Source of the DNA: Octopus sinensis
Taxonomy: Eukaryota
DNA: 64,000 bases
Direction of reading: 5' to 3'
NCBI RefSeq assembly: GCF_006345805.1
Contig: NC_043014.1
Location: 12,586,001-12,650,000 of the forward strand
The first letter of the stretch is position 1; each line of letters starts with the position of its first letter. The translations under genes were made by a program, and so were the position numbers. Shown piece after piece: positions 24,650 through 38,089 of the stretch. The notes under the pieces were generated by a model that did not search any database, was not told the DNA's origin, and worked only from the letters and a program-made list of their open reading frames with translations.

Positions 24650-25190
24650 ATATATATAGTGTAAATGCAAAGAACAATAAAAAAAAAACGCAGGAAGGAT
24701 AACTTTTAAGAAACATGGTATTAGCTTAATGCTTTAACAGGAAGAGAAAGCTGTAACGTTTCAGATATTAGTTCTTCATCAAAGGAAAGAGAAAAAGAAT
24801 AGGGCGAGTGGGAAAGAGGAATAGTCAATGAGAGAAGAAATAATGAACATGAGGTCAGGAAACAGATGGGCATGAAATTTGAAGGGAGCAGAGGGTGGAT
24901 GTATATGTGCTAATATAGGAGTGTATTCGTGTCTGGAAGCAGACTTATTGGGTGGGGTATGTGGGGTATTTGGGAGAAGTGTATGTGTGTAGGGGGTGAC
25001 TATGTAGTCATTAAGTATGTGTGAAGAAAATGTGGAAGTGAAAAGGTTTGAGCAGGTGTGAGAGTTGAGGCAGATGGGAAGGCCGGAAGAATGTGGAAGG
25101 GGTGATAGATATGTGCAAGGATGTGAGTGTGAGAATGTTTTTCATGGAAGAAAGGATGGGTGTAAAATAAACAAAAGGTGCAAGTGTGAC
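24650..25190 (-). mobile_element. degenerate Penelope-like 3'/pLTR-type repeat with purine-rich body
   Basis: Minus strand TTGATGA-AGA-ACTAATA-TCT-GAAACGTT (24756-24782), a hammerhead-like relic; composition resembles 26400-28880. Confidence 0.4.
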
Positions 25191-25634
25191 TGTGGTAAGA
25201 AGTTAGCTTTGTAGACATATGGTCATGGGTTCTGAGTGTCATTCCTACTGCTTGGCAGCTTGAGCAAGTGTCTTCTACTATAGCCACGAACTGACCAAAG
25301 CTTTGTGAGTGAATTTGGTAGAAGGAAACTGAAAGAAGCCCATTGTGTATATATATAGATATAGGTATATATAAATATATATTGGCTCCAATAAAGGAAA
25401 AATATATAATGACCATTATTTTTAGCTTGTTTCTTATGTATCACTCTGTGTAAAAACCAGTTTGTCTGGAGCTCATCCATGGATTTACAATATAGAATTA
25501 TGATGAACCATAACTTTTGGGCCTTTCCATAAGAATGCTTGGAGTTCTTCACTAATCTAAATATTGTTAGCCTGGTATGCCACAGAGCTTATGAAGTATT
25601 TTGCTCAGATTGATAATTAGTTCTCTCTCTCTCT

Positions 25635-25679
<45 letters not shown>

Positions 25680-25684
<5 letters not shown>

Positions 25685-26035
25685 AAATATTAGGGAATAA
25701 ATCCAAACTTACAGGGAAAAATCAGATTTAGGATTGAATCCAATTTTATAGTAAAATATTATATTATATTAAATTAGAGATAAAACCACTATTAGGCAAA
25801 TCAAACAATGAAAAACTTAAGCCAATACATAGAATTAATTAAATTATATTATTTTAAATATATATCAAAATTATTAAAAATTTAATAAAAGATAATGAGT
25901 AAAACACTACGATCGTTTCATGGCTGTCCAATTCTTAATTCGAGTTATGGTTACAGTCAATCTTCAGGTGATTGAAATATTTATCTTAGCGAGGTTTAGC
26001 CTAATAGTGGTATTATCTCTAATTTAACATTATAT
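25680..26035 (-). mobile_element. Penelope-like pLTR fragment with hammerhead motif and inverted terminal segment
   Basis: ~40-bp inverted repeat 25765-25803 / 25992-26035 (TTAAATTAGAGATAAAACCACTATTAGGC vs GCCTAATAGTGGTATTATCTCTAATTTAA); hammerhead at 25902-25973. Confidence 0.65.
25902..25973 (-). ncRNA. putative minimal type I hammerhead ribozyme
   Basis: CAC-CUGAAGA-U-UGACUGU...ACAGCCA-U-GAAA-CGAUCG-UA|GUG: stem I CAC/GUG, stem II 6/7 bp, palindromic stem III ACGAUCGU. Confidence 0.6.
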
Positions 26036-26399
26036 ATATAGGGAGAGTTTACGAAAAAAACAAAAGACGAAGACAGGTGGTGTACAAAACGAACAGATGT
26101 ATTAGTATAACGCTCAGGAATAGAAAAAGGGACACAGAAAAAACAAGGAGAGAAAGAATATATATATATATAGTGTGAGAGAGACAGGGAGATTTATGAG
26201 TGTGTGTTTTGTGTCAGTGTTTGTCTCCTTCCAGACAACTGTTGTCAGTACGTTTATGTCCCATAACTTAGCGGTTTGGCAAAAACAACCGATAGAATAA
26301 GTACCAGGCTTTAAAAAAGAAGAATCAAAATAAGTACTGGGGTCAATTTGTTTGACTAAATATTCTTTAAGATGGCCGTAGTCTGATGACTGAAACAAG

Positions 26400-28880
26400 T
26401 GAAAGGGAGAAAAGAAAGAATAATTAAGAGCTCTGTGAGAGAAGAGAGATTGAAGAATAAATTAAGAAAAAGCATTCAAGAATTACAGGACACTGGGAAA
26501 AAGCCTGGAAGAGGATTGATGGAGTGTCCAAAGGGTTATGAGAAACTTATGTTAAAAAAATATTTGGTGGAGCAAATGAGAAACCAAAAGTGATGTGGAG
26601 GGTGTGACAGATGGAGTGAATGTGAAATGTTTTATCAAGGAAATAAAAGCAAAAGTATTCTAGGAAGAGGAGAAAAGAGTAAAAAAAAACTTCTTTTTTT
26701 TTTTAAATTACAAAACTGGTAAAAAATCTGGAGAGATTTCATGAGTGTCTAAAAGATGGTAAGGAATTAGTAAAATCCTCAAGGAGGAGATTCTGGTTAA
26801 TTTCACTGAGAGGTAGCTGTGTTGAATGATTAAGAGCAGCAATGCAAAATATTAAAGGGTTAGCTAAAGGTGCAGGGTGTGAAACAATTTGGTAGGGTTT
26901 GAAGGATAAAAAAATCTGTTTAGAAGAGTGAAGAAAAAAAGGGAGGTAAGTAGTAGCTGAAACAATGTGTGTGTGTGTATTACCTAAAGAGTTGGTGGTA
27001 ATAAACAGGAAGTGGAGAGGGAAGGAAAGTGTAATACACAGCTGTCAAGGAAAGCAGGACTGGTGAAGTGAGGAGGAATGCGTGTGGGCGGTGTGCATCC
27101 TGATACCAGTTCGTGTGTGTATATATGTATGCATGTATAAGTGGAGAAAAAAGTGTGAAACATGTGAGAGTGCTGGTGGTTGGTGTTGGTATGTTTCAGG
27201 GAGACAATTGGTGGTTGAATGGCTGAGTATGTGTGGGTATATATGTGTGAGTGTGCTGGGATGTAGGGGATAAGATGGTAGAAGAAATGAGGTGTTTGCA
27301 AATATGTGTGTATGTATGTAGAAACAGTTGGTGTGTTGAGAGCATGTGCTTTGGTGCAGAAGTGGTGTTGAGGGCTTGTGCTTTGATGCGAAAGTGGTAT
27401 CAGTACTGGGGAAAGATGTGAGTGGAGGGCATCAGAGGAATGATATAGTGATGGAGCAGGCGAAGTGAAAAAGTAAGAATTGAGGCAGAGAATCCGGACC
27501 AAAAGGCATATAAGAGAGAAAATGAGTTCCTGTTCCCACTGGAGGTGAGTGGTATGGGATCATGGTGGGTAGCCATGCAGAAGATTAAATGAATTGAGTG
27601 GAATGGTCGGCAAAATGGAAATATGAAGAGACAGGTGAGCCGTTGCTAGTGTCAGATATCAGTGAGGTGTTCCACAAACCTGTTAACCCTTTGGGAGCTG
27701 ATTTGTCCCAGGGTACATATATCAGATTACTAGAGGTATGGCAACAACAGTCCCTAATATGAAGGGTATGGAAGTTGGATCCAATGAGGATGGTGGTTTT
27801 AGAAAGGAAAGGGCAGTTAGGGTAGCATTGACAGAAGCAAGGAAGAGATTTAGGAGGGAACAAGATGTAGGGAGAAAGAAGCTATGGAAGAGGAGGCTGT
27901 AGAGGTTTTAGCACACTTAAAGGCATAAATGAGTGGATGAGAGAAGCAGCAAGAAGTGGCAGCATTAGATTGTAGGCAATGGAAGAGGCAGAGGATGGTG
28001 CTTTGTAAGGGCAGAGTGGTAGGTAAGAGGAAAAGGAATGCAATGGATAAGATTACAGACACAGGGTGTAAAGGCTGAGATATGACCAATGCAGGAAGGG
28101 GTAGCTTGGATTGGAGAGAAGTCAGTGGACAGATTGTGTTAAGCTTGGTTTTTGAAGTCATATTTACAGCTGCAGAGGTGTCAGAGGCAGAAACTGGAAT
28201 AGAAACACTTGGTGTGTGTAGGGTATGAAGAGGAGGAGTCAAAGTAGGAGTGGGAGTTGGTGGGTTTCTAGAAGATGGCAGGAGAGGGTGAAGATAAGAT
28301 GGTCAATGGAGATGGTGGTGTTGAAGGAATGAAGGGAGCTATCAGATTTGGAGGAGGTGAGAGATGAGTTGATGAAGGTGATGGAAGAGTTTCGCTCCTT
28401 GCAGGAAAGAGATGTGCTGATACAGTCAAGGCAAAATGGCCATATAGCTCTGGAGTGGGACCAGTGAAGTGGGAAAAAATTTTGAGGCTTGATGTAACTA
28501 ACAAATAAGCTGACATAGTTGGGTACTATTCTTTGTTTCTAGAGCAACTGCAGTGACTTAATTGTAAATTTTGCCTGTGAAGAAGAAACAATTGAGGAAC
28601 AAGGATAAATTGTGGTGCAGGGTGTGAAGGACATGTTTGAAGGTGCAGAAGACTTCATCTTTAGGGATGACAATGTCAAATGCATTGATATCCATGGAGA
28701 AAATGAGGCAAGAGGAGGCTTTGAAAAACAGAGCATGTTTGATGTCATGGATGTGGAGAGAGAGAAAGGACAGCAATTTGGGTAGGGGTTACAAAGAAGC
28801 TGTCGAGGTAGGTGAAAATGGGATGTGGTAGTAGCAATTAGAGGTGTGAGGAGGATGATGTCAAGGTAAGCAGATGCATA
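26400..28880 (-). mobile_element. highly degenerate Penelope-like retroelement (RT region)
   Basis: Minus-strand peptides LIFSMDINAFDIVIPKDE...LNCFFFTGKIYN and SHFTGPTPELYG resemble PLE RT motifs (FTMDVxSLYTVIP; SxFTGPxPELYGRYIDD). Confidence 0.65.
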
Positions 28881-30689
28881 CATATGACAGGCTTGCTCTA
28901 TTTTTTTTTTTACAGGGCTCAGGTCAGCCCAGTGCTATGGTAAAAGACACTTGTGCAAGGTGCCGCACAGTGTTGCCAAACCTGAAAACATAGTTAGAAA
29001 GCAATGCCTGGTGCCTTGCTGTACTCGAGAAGACTTGTGCTCCACAGCAGAAGTGTTAAGGCCAGTCCCCCTGGTGATGAAGATTAGCCTGCTAGAGTCC
29101 TATGTCAAGTAAAAAACACTTGTGCCAGTGTCACATGAAAATGCTTGTGCGATACCATGTAAAAGTACCCAGCACACTCTGTAAAGTGATTGGTATTAGG
29201 AAGGGCATCCAGCCACAGAAACCATGCCGAATCAGACTGGAGTCTGGTGCAGCTCCCCAGTTTGCCAGCTCTTGTTAAACCGTCCAACCCATGCTAGCAT
29301 GGACAACAGACATTAAATTATGATGAACTATATGTAGAAGTACACTTCCATACATGTATGTATGTGTGTGTGGAAAGAATTTATTTTACTGGTTTACTGA
29401 CTGTACTACCCCTAGGCGTCTAGCTGTGATCCTAGTACACGTCTTGCTCACCCATAGGTACTACTACACCATATGAAATTTCTACTTAGTCATTTCCTGC
29501 ATATCAATAATTAGCCATTTCCTTGAAGGCAGTAGAGCCCTGTCTTCTCTCCTTACTCACTAAAACTTTAATCTTCTCTAAGTTTACTTGGAAGCCTCTT
29601 GATTCTAAGTTTTATTTCCACATCTGGAATTTCTCTAAATCTTTCACTGATTCGGCATGGTGTCTATGGCTGGATGCCCTTTCTAACGCCAACCACTTTA
29701 CAGAATGTGCAGGGTGCTTTTACATGGTATCGCACAAGCATTTTCATGCTGGCACCATGTTAAAAGCACCCGGTACACTCTGTGGAGTGGTCGGTGTTAG
29801 GAAGAACATCCAGCTATAGAAACCATACCAGAACAGGCAATGGAGCCTAGTGTGAGCCCTGGCCTTACCAGCTCTGTTCAAATTGTCCAGCCCATGCCAG
29901 TATGGAGAACAGACATTAAATGATGACGAGTTCCCATGGACAGCTGGTCTTGAACTTCTCTATTGTGGCTAAGAGAATCCTGAGAGCCAAGTTTTAAGGA
30001 ACATCTTCCTGCATCTTCACGGATTCCATTGCCAACTCTCACTTAACTAACTGCTTCTCTATGAATGGTATTCTTGCTCTGACAAGCCTTTGATCTACAT
30101 TTGATTTTCTTGAAGACCACTAGACTACAGTTTGTGGTGTCCCATGAAAGGCTTCTCCAGATTAACAAGTGCAAGATAGAGAAGTTTACTCTTAGCATTA
30201 GTAATACTTCGACCTGGTATAAATTAAAAACATCTTATCTGATTCAAGCTGATTACCTTCCTAATTAGTTGCATTAAAATAATTACACTACTACACGGCT
30301 ATTGGGGTACCTTCCTGTATAACTGAGTGACCAGCTTGAGCCCCACTTCACCAGATATTTTATCTCAGACTGCATTTCAAACTGACAACTTTATGCTCAC
30401 TGTGGTCTCTCACCTCTTGAAAGAACTCTTCTGACGAAGAGACTAGTGGTTTGATCACTTTTTGTGGTGCCCTCATGACAAACTCCTCTTGAAGGTGGTC
30501 AGTTGAAGACATGGCTCATGACAGCCAAAGCCGATATGGAGCTCATTTCTGGCCCTCAAGTCTTTAGCATTCATCACTGGAATCTAGAATGGCTTCAACA
30601 TGCTGCAGAATCGGCTGCCAATGGACATACCTTGACTCATGACGCAGTGAACTAAATAGGAGCTGGTTTAACCCCTCCTGGGTGAATGC

Positions 30690-31030
30690 TGTTGCAAGAC
30701 AAGAACCCAAGATATTTTAGCATCTCATTGACTATCCCCTGCTAGACCTGCTGTTTTCTCTGTTATCATGTTCTTAGTGACCATTTTGTTCATATTGTTC
30801 GCTTCAGTGGCTGGTCCTTCTGTCGGGTATTATCGGGATATTTCCTTTTCCTTCTATGCATTTCAACACATATCAACTTGTAGTAACATTTCCAAGCCTC
30901 TTGTCAATAGTTAGGGTAAGTGCACCACTGTCTTTTGAACATACTTTTCCCCAGCAGTGTCTTGATTAATTCTCACATACTACTTTACAATCTGGGACAC
31001 CTCAAACATCTGATCCTCTCCACACAGAAA
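30690..31030 (-). mobile_element. old RTE LINE fragment (pre-RT linker)
   Basis: Minus strand VRINQDTAGEKYVQKDSGALTL...EGPA aligns with VRENRDVVGEKCVRMEDGSLAL...EGPA of the RTE at 61950. Confidence 0.65.
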
Positions 31031-31149
31031 ATTGGCAAACCACCAGCTTTCAGCTTCTCTCTATGTTGTTTGTGTAAACTTGTTGTTTACTTACTGTTCT
31101 TTTTTTCCAGTCTTTCTTGGCTTGTCTTTTAGGATTTGTATTCTATCTA

Positions 31150-32435
31150 CAATAATATTGTGCTAAAACAAATCAAAATAGATGATCATCAATGGAATCT
31201 GTATCTCTGTGGTACCAGTGCTGGTGGCACACAAGAAAACCATTCGAACGTGGCTGTAGCCAGTACCGCATCGACTGGCCTCCGTGCTGTGGGCACATAA
31301 CAAACGCCATCCGATCGTGGCCGTTCGCCAGCCTCATCTGGCACCTGTCCGAAGACCCGGCAAGACTAGTCAGGCCATAGCCCGTGGCCCCTTCCTGGGA
31401 CGTAGTCAGTCCACCTGTGCATACCTTCCTTCTTATGACACTTGTGAAGACCTGTTGAGGCAAGTGCAAATCAAATCAAATCAAATGACACTTGTGAAGA
31501 CCTGTTGAGGCAAGTGCTAATCTAATCAAATCAAATGACACTTGTGAAGACCTGTTGAGGCAAGTGATAATAATAATAATAATCATAATCATAATCATAA
31601 TCATAATCAAATCCAATCAAAACAAATCAAAATAGATGAACATCAATGGAATTTGTATCTTTGTGGTACCAATGCCGGTGGCACACAAGAAAACCATCCG
31701 AACGTGGCGGTAGCCAGTACCACATCGTGCTGTGGGCACGTAACAAACACCATCCGATCGTGGCCGTTCGCCAGCCTCCTCTGGCACCTGTGTTGGTGGC
31801 ACATAAAAACACCATCCAAAGACCCGGCAAGACTAGTCAGGCCATAACCCGTGGCCCCTACCTGGGACGTAGTCAGTCTACCTGTGCATACCTTCCTTCT
31901 TATGACACTTGTGAAGACCTGTTGAGGCAAGTGAAAATCAAACCAAATCAAAATAGATGAACATCAATGGAATTTGTATCTTTGTGGTACCAGTGCCGGT
32001 GGCACACAAGAAAACCATCCGAACGTGGCCGTAGCCAGTACCGCATTGACTGGCCTCCATGCTGTGGGCACGTAACAAACACCATCCGATCGTGGCCGTT
32101 CGCCAGCCTCATCTGGCACTTGTGTCGGTGGCACATAAAAACACCATCCGAGCGTGGCCATCTGCCAGCCTCGTCTGGCACCTGTGTCGGTGGCACATAA
32201 AAAAAAAACACCATCCGAGCGTGGCCGTTCGCCAGCCTCGTCTGGCACCTGTGTCGGTGGCACATAAAATCACCCACTACACTCTCGGAGTGGTTGGCGT
32301 TAGGAAGGGCATCCAGCTGTAGAAACACTGCCAGATCTGACTGGCCTGGTGCAGCCTTCGGGCTCCCCAGACTCCAGTTGAACCGTCCAACCCATGCTAG
32401 CATGGAAAGCGGACGTTAAATGAGGATGATGATGT
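31150..32435 (+). mobile_element. RTE 3' UTR concatemer (three reiterated blocks) ending in a (GAT)n tail
   Basis: Blocks at about 31170-31560, 31620-31950 and 31950-32435. GAAGACCCGGCAAGAC and ACTTGTGAAGACCTGTTGAGGCAAGTG match 63799-63925. Confidence 0.85.
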
Positions 32436-33314
32436 CACTTTTTATCTGGTTTAAACATTGCTCCAACCATGAAACTGGTCTTAGCTTTCAGCAAGTAGTC
32501 TTGTAGAAACTACATGTCCTTTATAGGTTTCTTACCTATCCCTATACCTTGTTATATGAGAACCTTTCCAAAATTATGTTTAACAGAAAGATGTTTCCTT
32601 TTCCATACTTTCCTTTGCCACTGTTTTTGTCTTTTGCTCATTTAGGACTTATTCTGAGGTTACTAATCATTCATTATGTTGAATTGTATTTGGTTCGGAA
32701 AGAAATTCCTGTTGAATGCTTCTTTGGTCTTCATTGACATATTTAATCCTTCAGTATTCAGATTTCTTTATCAAATGTAATGCTTATTTATTCACATTGA
32801 TAAAAAAATTAGCCATGCATTACCTCGTAGCTGTGAGAATTCATTGATGTGATTGTTTAATTTTGGAATAATATTGCAGGGTAAGTGTGAGAGGCCAGAT
32901 CTGGCCTGTTTGAACATGAAACGGGTAGAATATTTTGGCCAGTTTAAACGGCTAGAGAGTTAATCAAGATATTTCCTCTCATTATCTCTAACATAATCCC
33001 ATCTATTTAGCAAACTGTTATTCCTTTAGGTATGAAATTCTTCAGGGTTCAAAACAAAGAAACACCCAATATCATTTTTAGTCTCTTCACATTAACCCTT
33101 TTTTTGTTACCATATTTCTGTTGAGATGCTCTGTGTTTCTTTCAATTAATTTTAAATATAACAAAGAATTTAGTAAAATAACTTTGTTATCATTAAGCTT
33201 GCGTTAGGAACATAAATTGTGACTAAGGTTTGGTGGAAGATTTGAATTCAGAACTTTTGAAAACAAGATATTTTACCACAGAGCCAGAGGCGGTTTGGTA
33301 TCAAAAGGGTTAAT

Positions 33315-33960
33315 AAACTGTTTTCCTTCTAATGTTGCAATGATTGTCAGATTGAACAAAATCGGGATAGTTTAAGGAGGAGGAAGCAGAACCTCCATAT
33401 TTTGAGCAATGCTTTCAACTGATGACACAACTTTGCGTTAACTATTTCTTTTTAGTTTAACACTTGGCAGATTACATCCTTCATATCCCACTAAACACAC
33501 AGCATAACCTTTTTAGGTTGTAGTCCTGATTTGAGAATGGATTCTCCTTTCTCATTGGGTGCTAACCATTGTTGTTTTCATTAGATGACTATAGAGAACC
33601 CACTTTTCATCACTTGTGATGATTCTACCTGGGAACGGTTCAGTTGTAAGTCTACTCTTCAGTGAGAATTAAAGAGAAACTCTTTGATCAAGCTGAGAAG
33701 CAGCCAGACAATGAAGGACCCACTGACCCCGTTTAGACAGTTTTTCTAGTTCATGAAGATGTTTTATGATTGAAATGTAACTTGACTTGAACTGGTTTAC
33801 AAATTCACACGCGATTTGCTTTGGATTTTCCTCAACTACAGTTTTCAGGAGCTCAATATTGACAAAACTTGATCATCTAGATTGAGGGGAGTTTGTAAGA
33901 GAAAAATTTCCAAAGTGAAACTGGACCATTCATCGTTGGCATGTCTAGACACATAGCTTC
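33315..33960 (-). mobile_element. mariner transposase remnant
   Basis: Minus-strand motifs RIITSDEKW, WDMKDVI and EVLLPPP*.PDFVQSDNH (cf. RIVTGDEKW, VWWD, EVLPHPPYSPDLAPSDY). Confidence 0.7.
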
Positions 33961-35389
33961 GAATGCTAAAGAGTTCTTTTCAAGTTATCTGATATGGGTC
34001 TGATCTAAACTCATTTTAAAAGAGTAAAATCAATATGAATTTAATCACTGCTGTATGAAGTAATCTGCAAAAAAAGAAAAATAATATTAAAAATGTAGAA
34101 GTCAATGCTGATTTTACTGTAATTATTGAAAAAATACCCTCAAAATGATTGTCAGAGATGTGACAGGACCTTCTTTCCAACGTTATACATTCTTCACTGG
34201 AGAAGGACTTATTAATCACAACCATCTGTCTATATCATTTCTCGGAGAGAATGAAATCTATCTGGATTTTATGTTCATATAACTCGGAATATGATCAAAA
34301 TGGTTGGTTGGTTTCTTAAAAGTTTGTGGGTAACTTATTTGGAAGCCTTGATCCCTCTTCATTTTTTCAAACCATGTATGCAGTCATCATGTATTCCGAA
34401 GTAGACATCATGGTGTTGCCCAGCTGTCAGTCCTGATTATGTCATGTAAACTGAGAATAATAAGAGCTGTTGTTTTTTGCCTTTTACTAGTTGAAGCTTA
34501 ATTATTGTCATACACTCTGACTACTTCAGTTACTTTATGTATCCATATTTATCTTTAGAGAGAGAGAGGAAAGTGTGTTGAAGACCATTGCATGTGTTTG
34601 TGTTCCTAACTCAAACATCACCTAACTTAGTAGCGCAATAAATATATATGGGTGAAATAAGTACCGGACTCTGTATGAGTGACTAATACCTATCAAGATG
34701 ATGCCCCAGCATGACTACAGTTTAATAACTGAAACTAGTAAGACAGTGTGTGTGTGTATATATATATTAAGGCGACAAGCTGGCAGAAACATTTGTGCAC
34801 CGGGCGAAATGTTTAGCTGTATTTCGTCTGTCGTTACGTTCTGAGTTCAAATTCCGCCGAGGTCAACTTTGCCTTTCATCCTTTCGGGGTCGATAAATAA
34901 AGTACCAGTTTTGCACTGGGCTCGATGTAATCAACTTAATCCCTTTGTCCTTGTTTAGCCCCTTGTGGGTAGTAAAGAAATACATATATTTATAAACATG
35001 GGATGTGGCCTTATTTGCACTCCTGGTAACATATGGTGCGGGGCTGGTCATCCCATCAGTGTCAAAGATAAATGTTTGGTCCTCATTTGAGGTGGCGGAA
35101 CTGGGAACGGCAGATACCTCCTCCAAGTTATTGGTTCTGGATGGGTCATCATTTCTAGGTACAGCGTTTGTACTGGTGTTCACATACATTGTGGGTCTGG
35201 TCACTCTATCTTCATCTATGGGTTGTTCATTATCCATAGCGATGATACCAGGGTCTTCGGTGACGCTCTCTGTGATGCTGGTCCTGGCTTGGTTATTATC
35301 TCTGGGTGTGGCAATTGTATTGGTGTGAGACCTGGTTAATCTGCTAATAATATTACTGTTTGATATTACTGTTATTACGGATATTAGGT

Positions 35390-36140
35390 CTCGATATCAC
35401 TGTAGCTTCATAGATGACCCCTTCAGCCTTGCATCGGCCTCCTATTGGACACTTATTATATACCCTGCAAGAGCAACCTGCCTCCTCCCTTGTATTGTAT
35501 GTACTTCATAAAATGTTTTTTTTTTTTTATTGGGTGCACAACTAAAGAAGACTCTTAGGCTGTGCCTATTAAACAAATGCCTGTATTTATGTGTGTGTGT
35601 GTGTAAAATGTTTGTCTATTAATCTAAGGAAAATCTTTCCCACACAAATCTTGATGTTGAGTGAGAAGGGTGGAGCAAACCAAATGACATTTCTGCGGCA
35701 CTTCCTTTTCTGGGTGCTAGGGTCAGGCATATAGGAAATGCGATCCTTAAACCCACTTGATGCCAGTGCCTCATTATAGTGGTGGGGCAGTGGCATCAAA
35801 GATGTCTTGGCTTGAGGATAGATTCGAGATCCTCTTGCTTACACCTTTCACTAGGTTCTTGAAAACTATGGGAGTCGCAGGGTAACAGGAGGCTGTGCTA
35901 ATATAAGACAGTCTCTCGTTTGGCTGGTGATAGGGCCTGTATGTACCAGAGCTCAGATCTAAAGTAACATCTAAAAAAAATCTACTATGGTAAGATTAGT
36001 CTCAATGGTGATCTTGAGACCCATTGAGCTTAAGGTGCTACTTAGGTCCTTTCTAAGTTTGTCTAACATGTAGCCATTGACTCCTAGAGATGGCTTGGGT
36101 GTCATCTCTGTTGAGGCCAAAGAGGACCTTGGATAACTCT
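35390..36140 (-). mobile_element. Penelope-like element remnant (RT C-terminus and start of GIY-YIG)
   Basis: LNRDD, LKITIETNLTIVDF.DVTLDLSSGTYRPYHQPN, HYNEALASSGF...RRNVIWFAPPFSLNIKICVGKIFLRLIDKHF and CSCRVYNKCPIGGRCKAEGVIYEATV. Confidence 0.85.
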
Positions 36141-37434
36141 ATATAAATTTTGCTGTTATATATATTATATAAAATCCGTTCTGTCTGTGTGTGTGTGTGT
36201 CTTCAAGGACCTCGGGCATCCTCCATCCGATTGTGCTCAAATTTTATATGTAGATACCAACGGTATCAGGGCATGTGTAAGTCTTGAAAAAATTACACAA
36301 ATCGATTCCAGGTGAGAATGTGATCAATAAAGGGAATAAAATCGTCTTTCTTTGGAGTCTATCTTTATTTCTTCTTTTGCTGGTGTCTCAAATTTAGGTT
36401 AAATCAATGTTACTCAAAGGGGAGGCCTATGGGATGGTCGGACAAGTTGTTTTGAGAAAATTTGGTTTAAATGTTTGACAACTCAACACCGTCCATTGGA
36501 CGGGGGGGGGGGGAAGACGTTTTGCTCGTATATGTATATATGTGTGTGTGTGTGTGTGTGTGTGAATACCTCAGTCATGACTCCCTGTGGACTCCAGGAT
36601 AACAATGTACAAGGAGATATGTACTTTTATGAAACACATATTAAATTATTTCTAAGACAGTGATTATTTAAAAGGCACTTATATTGATCTCTATACTTGC
36701 ACATACTGTTAGATTTATTATCTGAAGAGTATTAGTATTATTGTTATTGCTGGGAAGTGATCCCCAAAGTACTAATATCATTTATACTAGATATTTATTA
36801 TTTACAGAGAAGCTAGTGTTGTATCAACTACATGAATAATTAAAGGCATGCTCCACATCGTTATTGCTATTTCATTTCTTATTGTTAATAGCTGCTATAT
36901 TATCTGCTGAATTGTGTTTCTGACTTCTTGTCTTGACATCCTGTGATAGTCGTAAATGGGTGTCACTATCATACAAGCAGTGTCATTCATCTCTTATCTT
37001 CAAATCTTCTGTAAAAGCATTTTGACATAAATGCCATGGCATCTAAATTCAAATTTAGATACATAATTATATACATTCCTTTAATAATAAAAGGAAAGCT
37101 CTTAGCACTTCACTGGCTAGATTTATCAGGGATCTGAAAGAAAGTAGTGTTCTATACTTGGTTCCTTAGTTATATACATACTGCACTTTCATACAAAATG
37201 AGGATGGGCTCTTGTAATCTGTGTTCGGTGCAAGCACAAGAAATTCTCAGTTGTAAATTTAATCTAATTAATAAGCATAATGAATTATTGATCTATTGTT
37301 CCTACTGTTCTTGGAAAATTCCATTTCGCAAACTTGCATTACTTATGCTTTATCATAAGTATTTCTATATACAATGTCTGCTACATCATAATATTTCCTG
37401 CGTAAATTATTTTCTCTATAACTAAAAATTTATT

Positions 37435-37640
37435 ACGGAGATGTACTTGCATAGCATGTGACATGATCTGAGATCATGTGCTGAAACAAAAACAATTGCA
37501 GCATGGAAGGTGTTTATAAACTATTTAAAAACACACAAAAACTGTTAGATTCCCTTCAACATTTAAATTTAATTTATCAAAATATTTTTGCTGCTTTGAG
37601 ACCGCGACCTGTTCACTGACAAAATTCGTACTGCAGCTTC
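37435..37640. mobile_element. half copy of a long-TIR foldback/MITE family (more complete copy at 48415-48731)
   Basis: TA|CGGAGATGTACTTGCATAGC... is the reverse complement of ...GCTATGCAAGTACATCTCCG|TA at 48710-48733. Confidence 0.7.
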
Positions 37641-38089
37641 AGTAAATTAGTAAATTTATTTAATTTCAGTTGGAAATTATCTAATATTGAACTATAATTC
37701 TTATGGCCTTATTTTGTATCTTTATTCTAATTACTTGCCTTCATCATCTCATGTCTTATCTTTTTTCTCTTTATATTTCTCTTCTTCCTATTAACAACAC
37801 TTCTAGGAATTTAGTAGTAAACTGCTGTATTTTTGTCCCTTGGGTTTCTTGCTACTTCTCTAGTGTATATGTATTCAATAAATCTTACTGTTCCCTGGTC
37901 TGTCACCCTTAGCCATTTATAACAGATTAAATGAATGGGAACTAATAAGACTCTTTGTCTTCGTAATTCCACTGTTCAAGTGTTTCTCTGTTAGTGGTGA
38001 CAACTTGCACTTGCTGTTTAATTTATTACTTTGATCATTTAAGTCCCCACCTTGCTGGTGATATATATGTAACCAAATTCAGCTATGTA

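Noticed and set aside
24756-24782. Fifth hammerhead-like motif (UUGAUGA-AGA..UCU-GAAACGUU, minus strand)
   Set aside because: C3 is mutated, stem II is only 3 bp and stem I cannot form; at best a relic.
31436-31570. CRISPR-like repeat array (also 43307-43468 and 14800-15050)
   Set aside because: Eukaryotic DNA, no unique spacers, no cas genes; these are tandem units of TE sequence.
35005-35328. Hydrophobic 107-aa ORF resembling a membrane protein
   Set aside because: Antisense shadow of a low-complexity segment beside a Penelope remnant; no splice signals or family motif.
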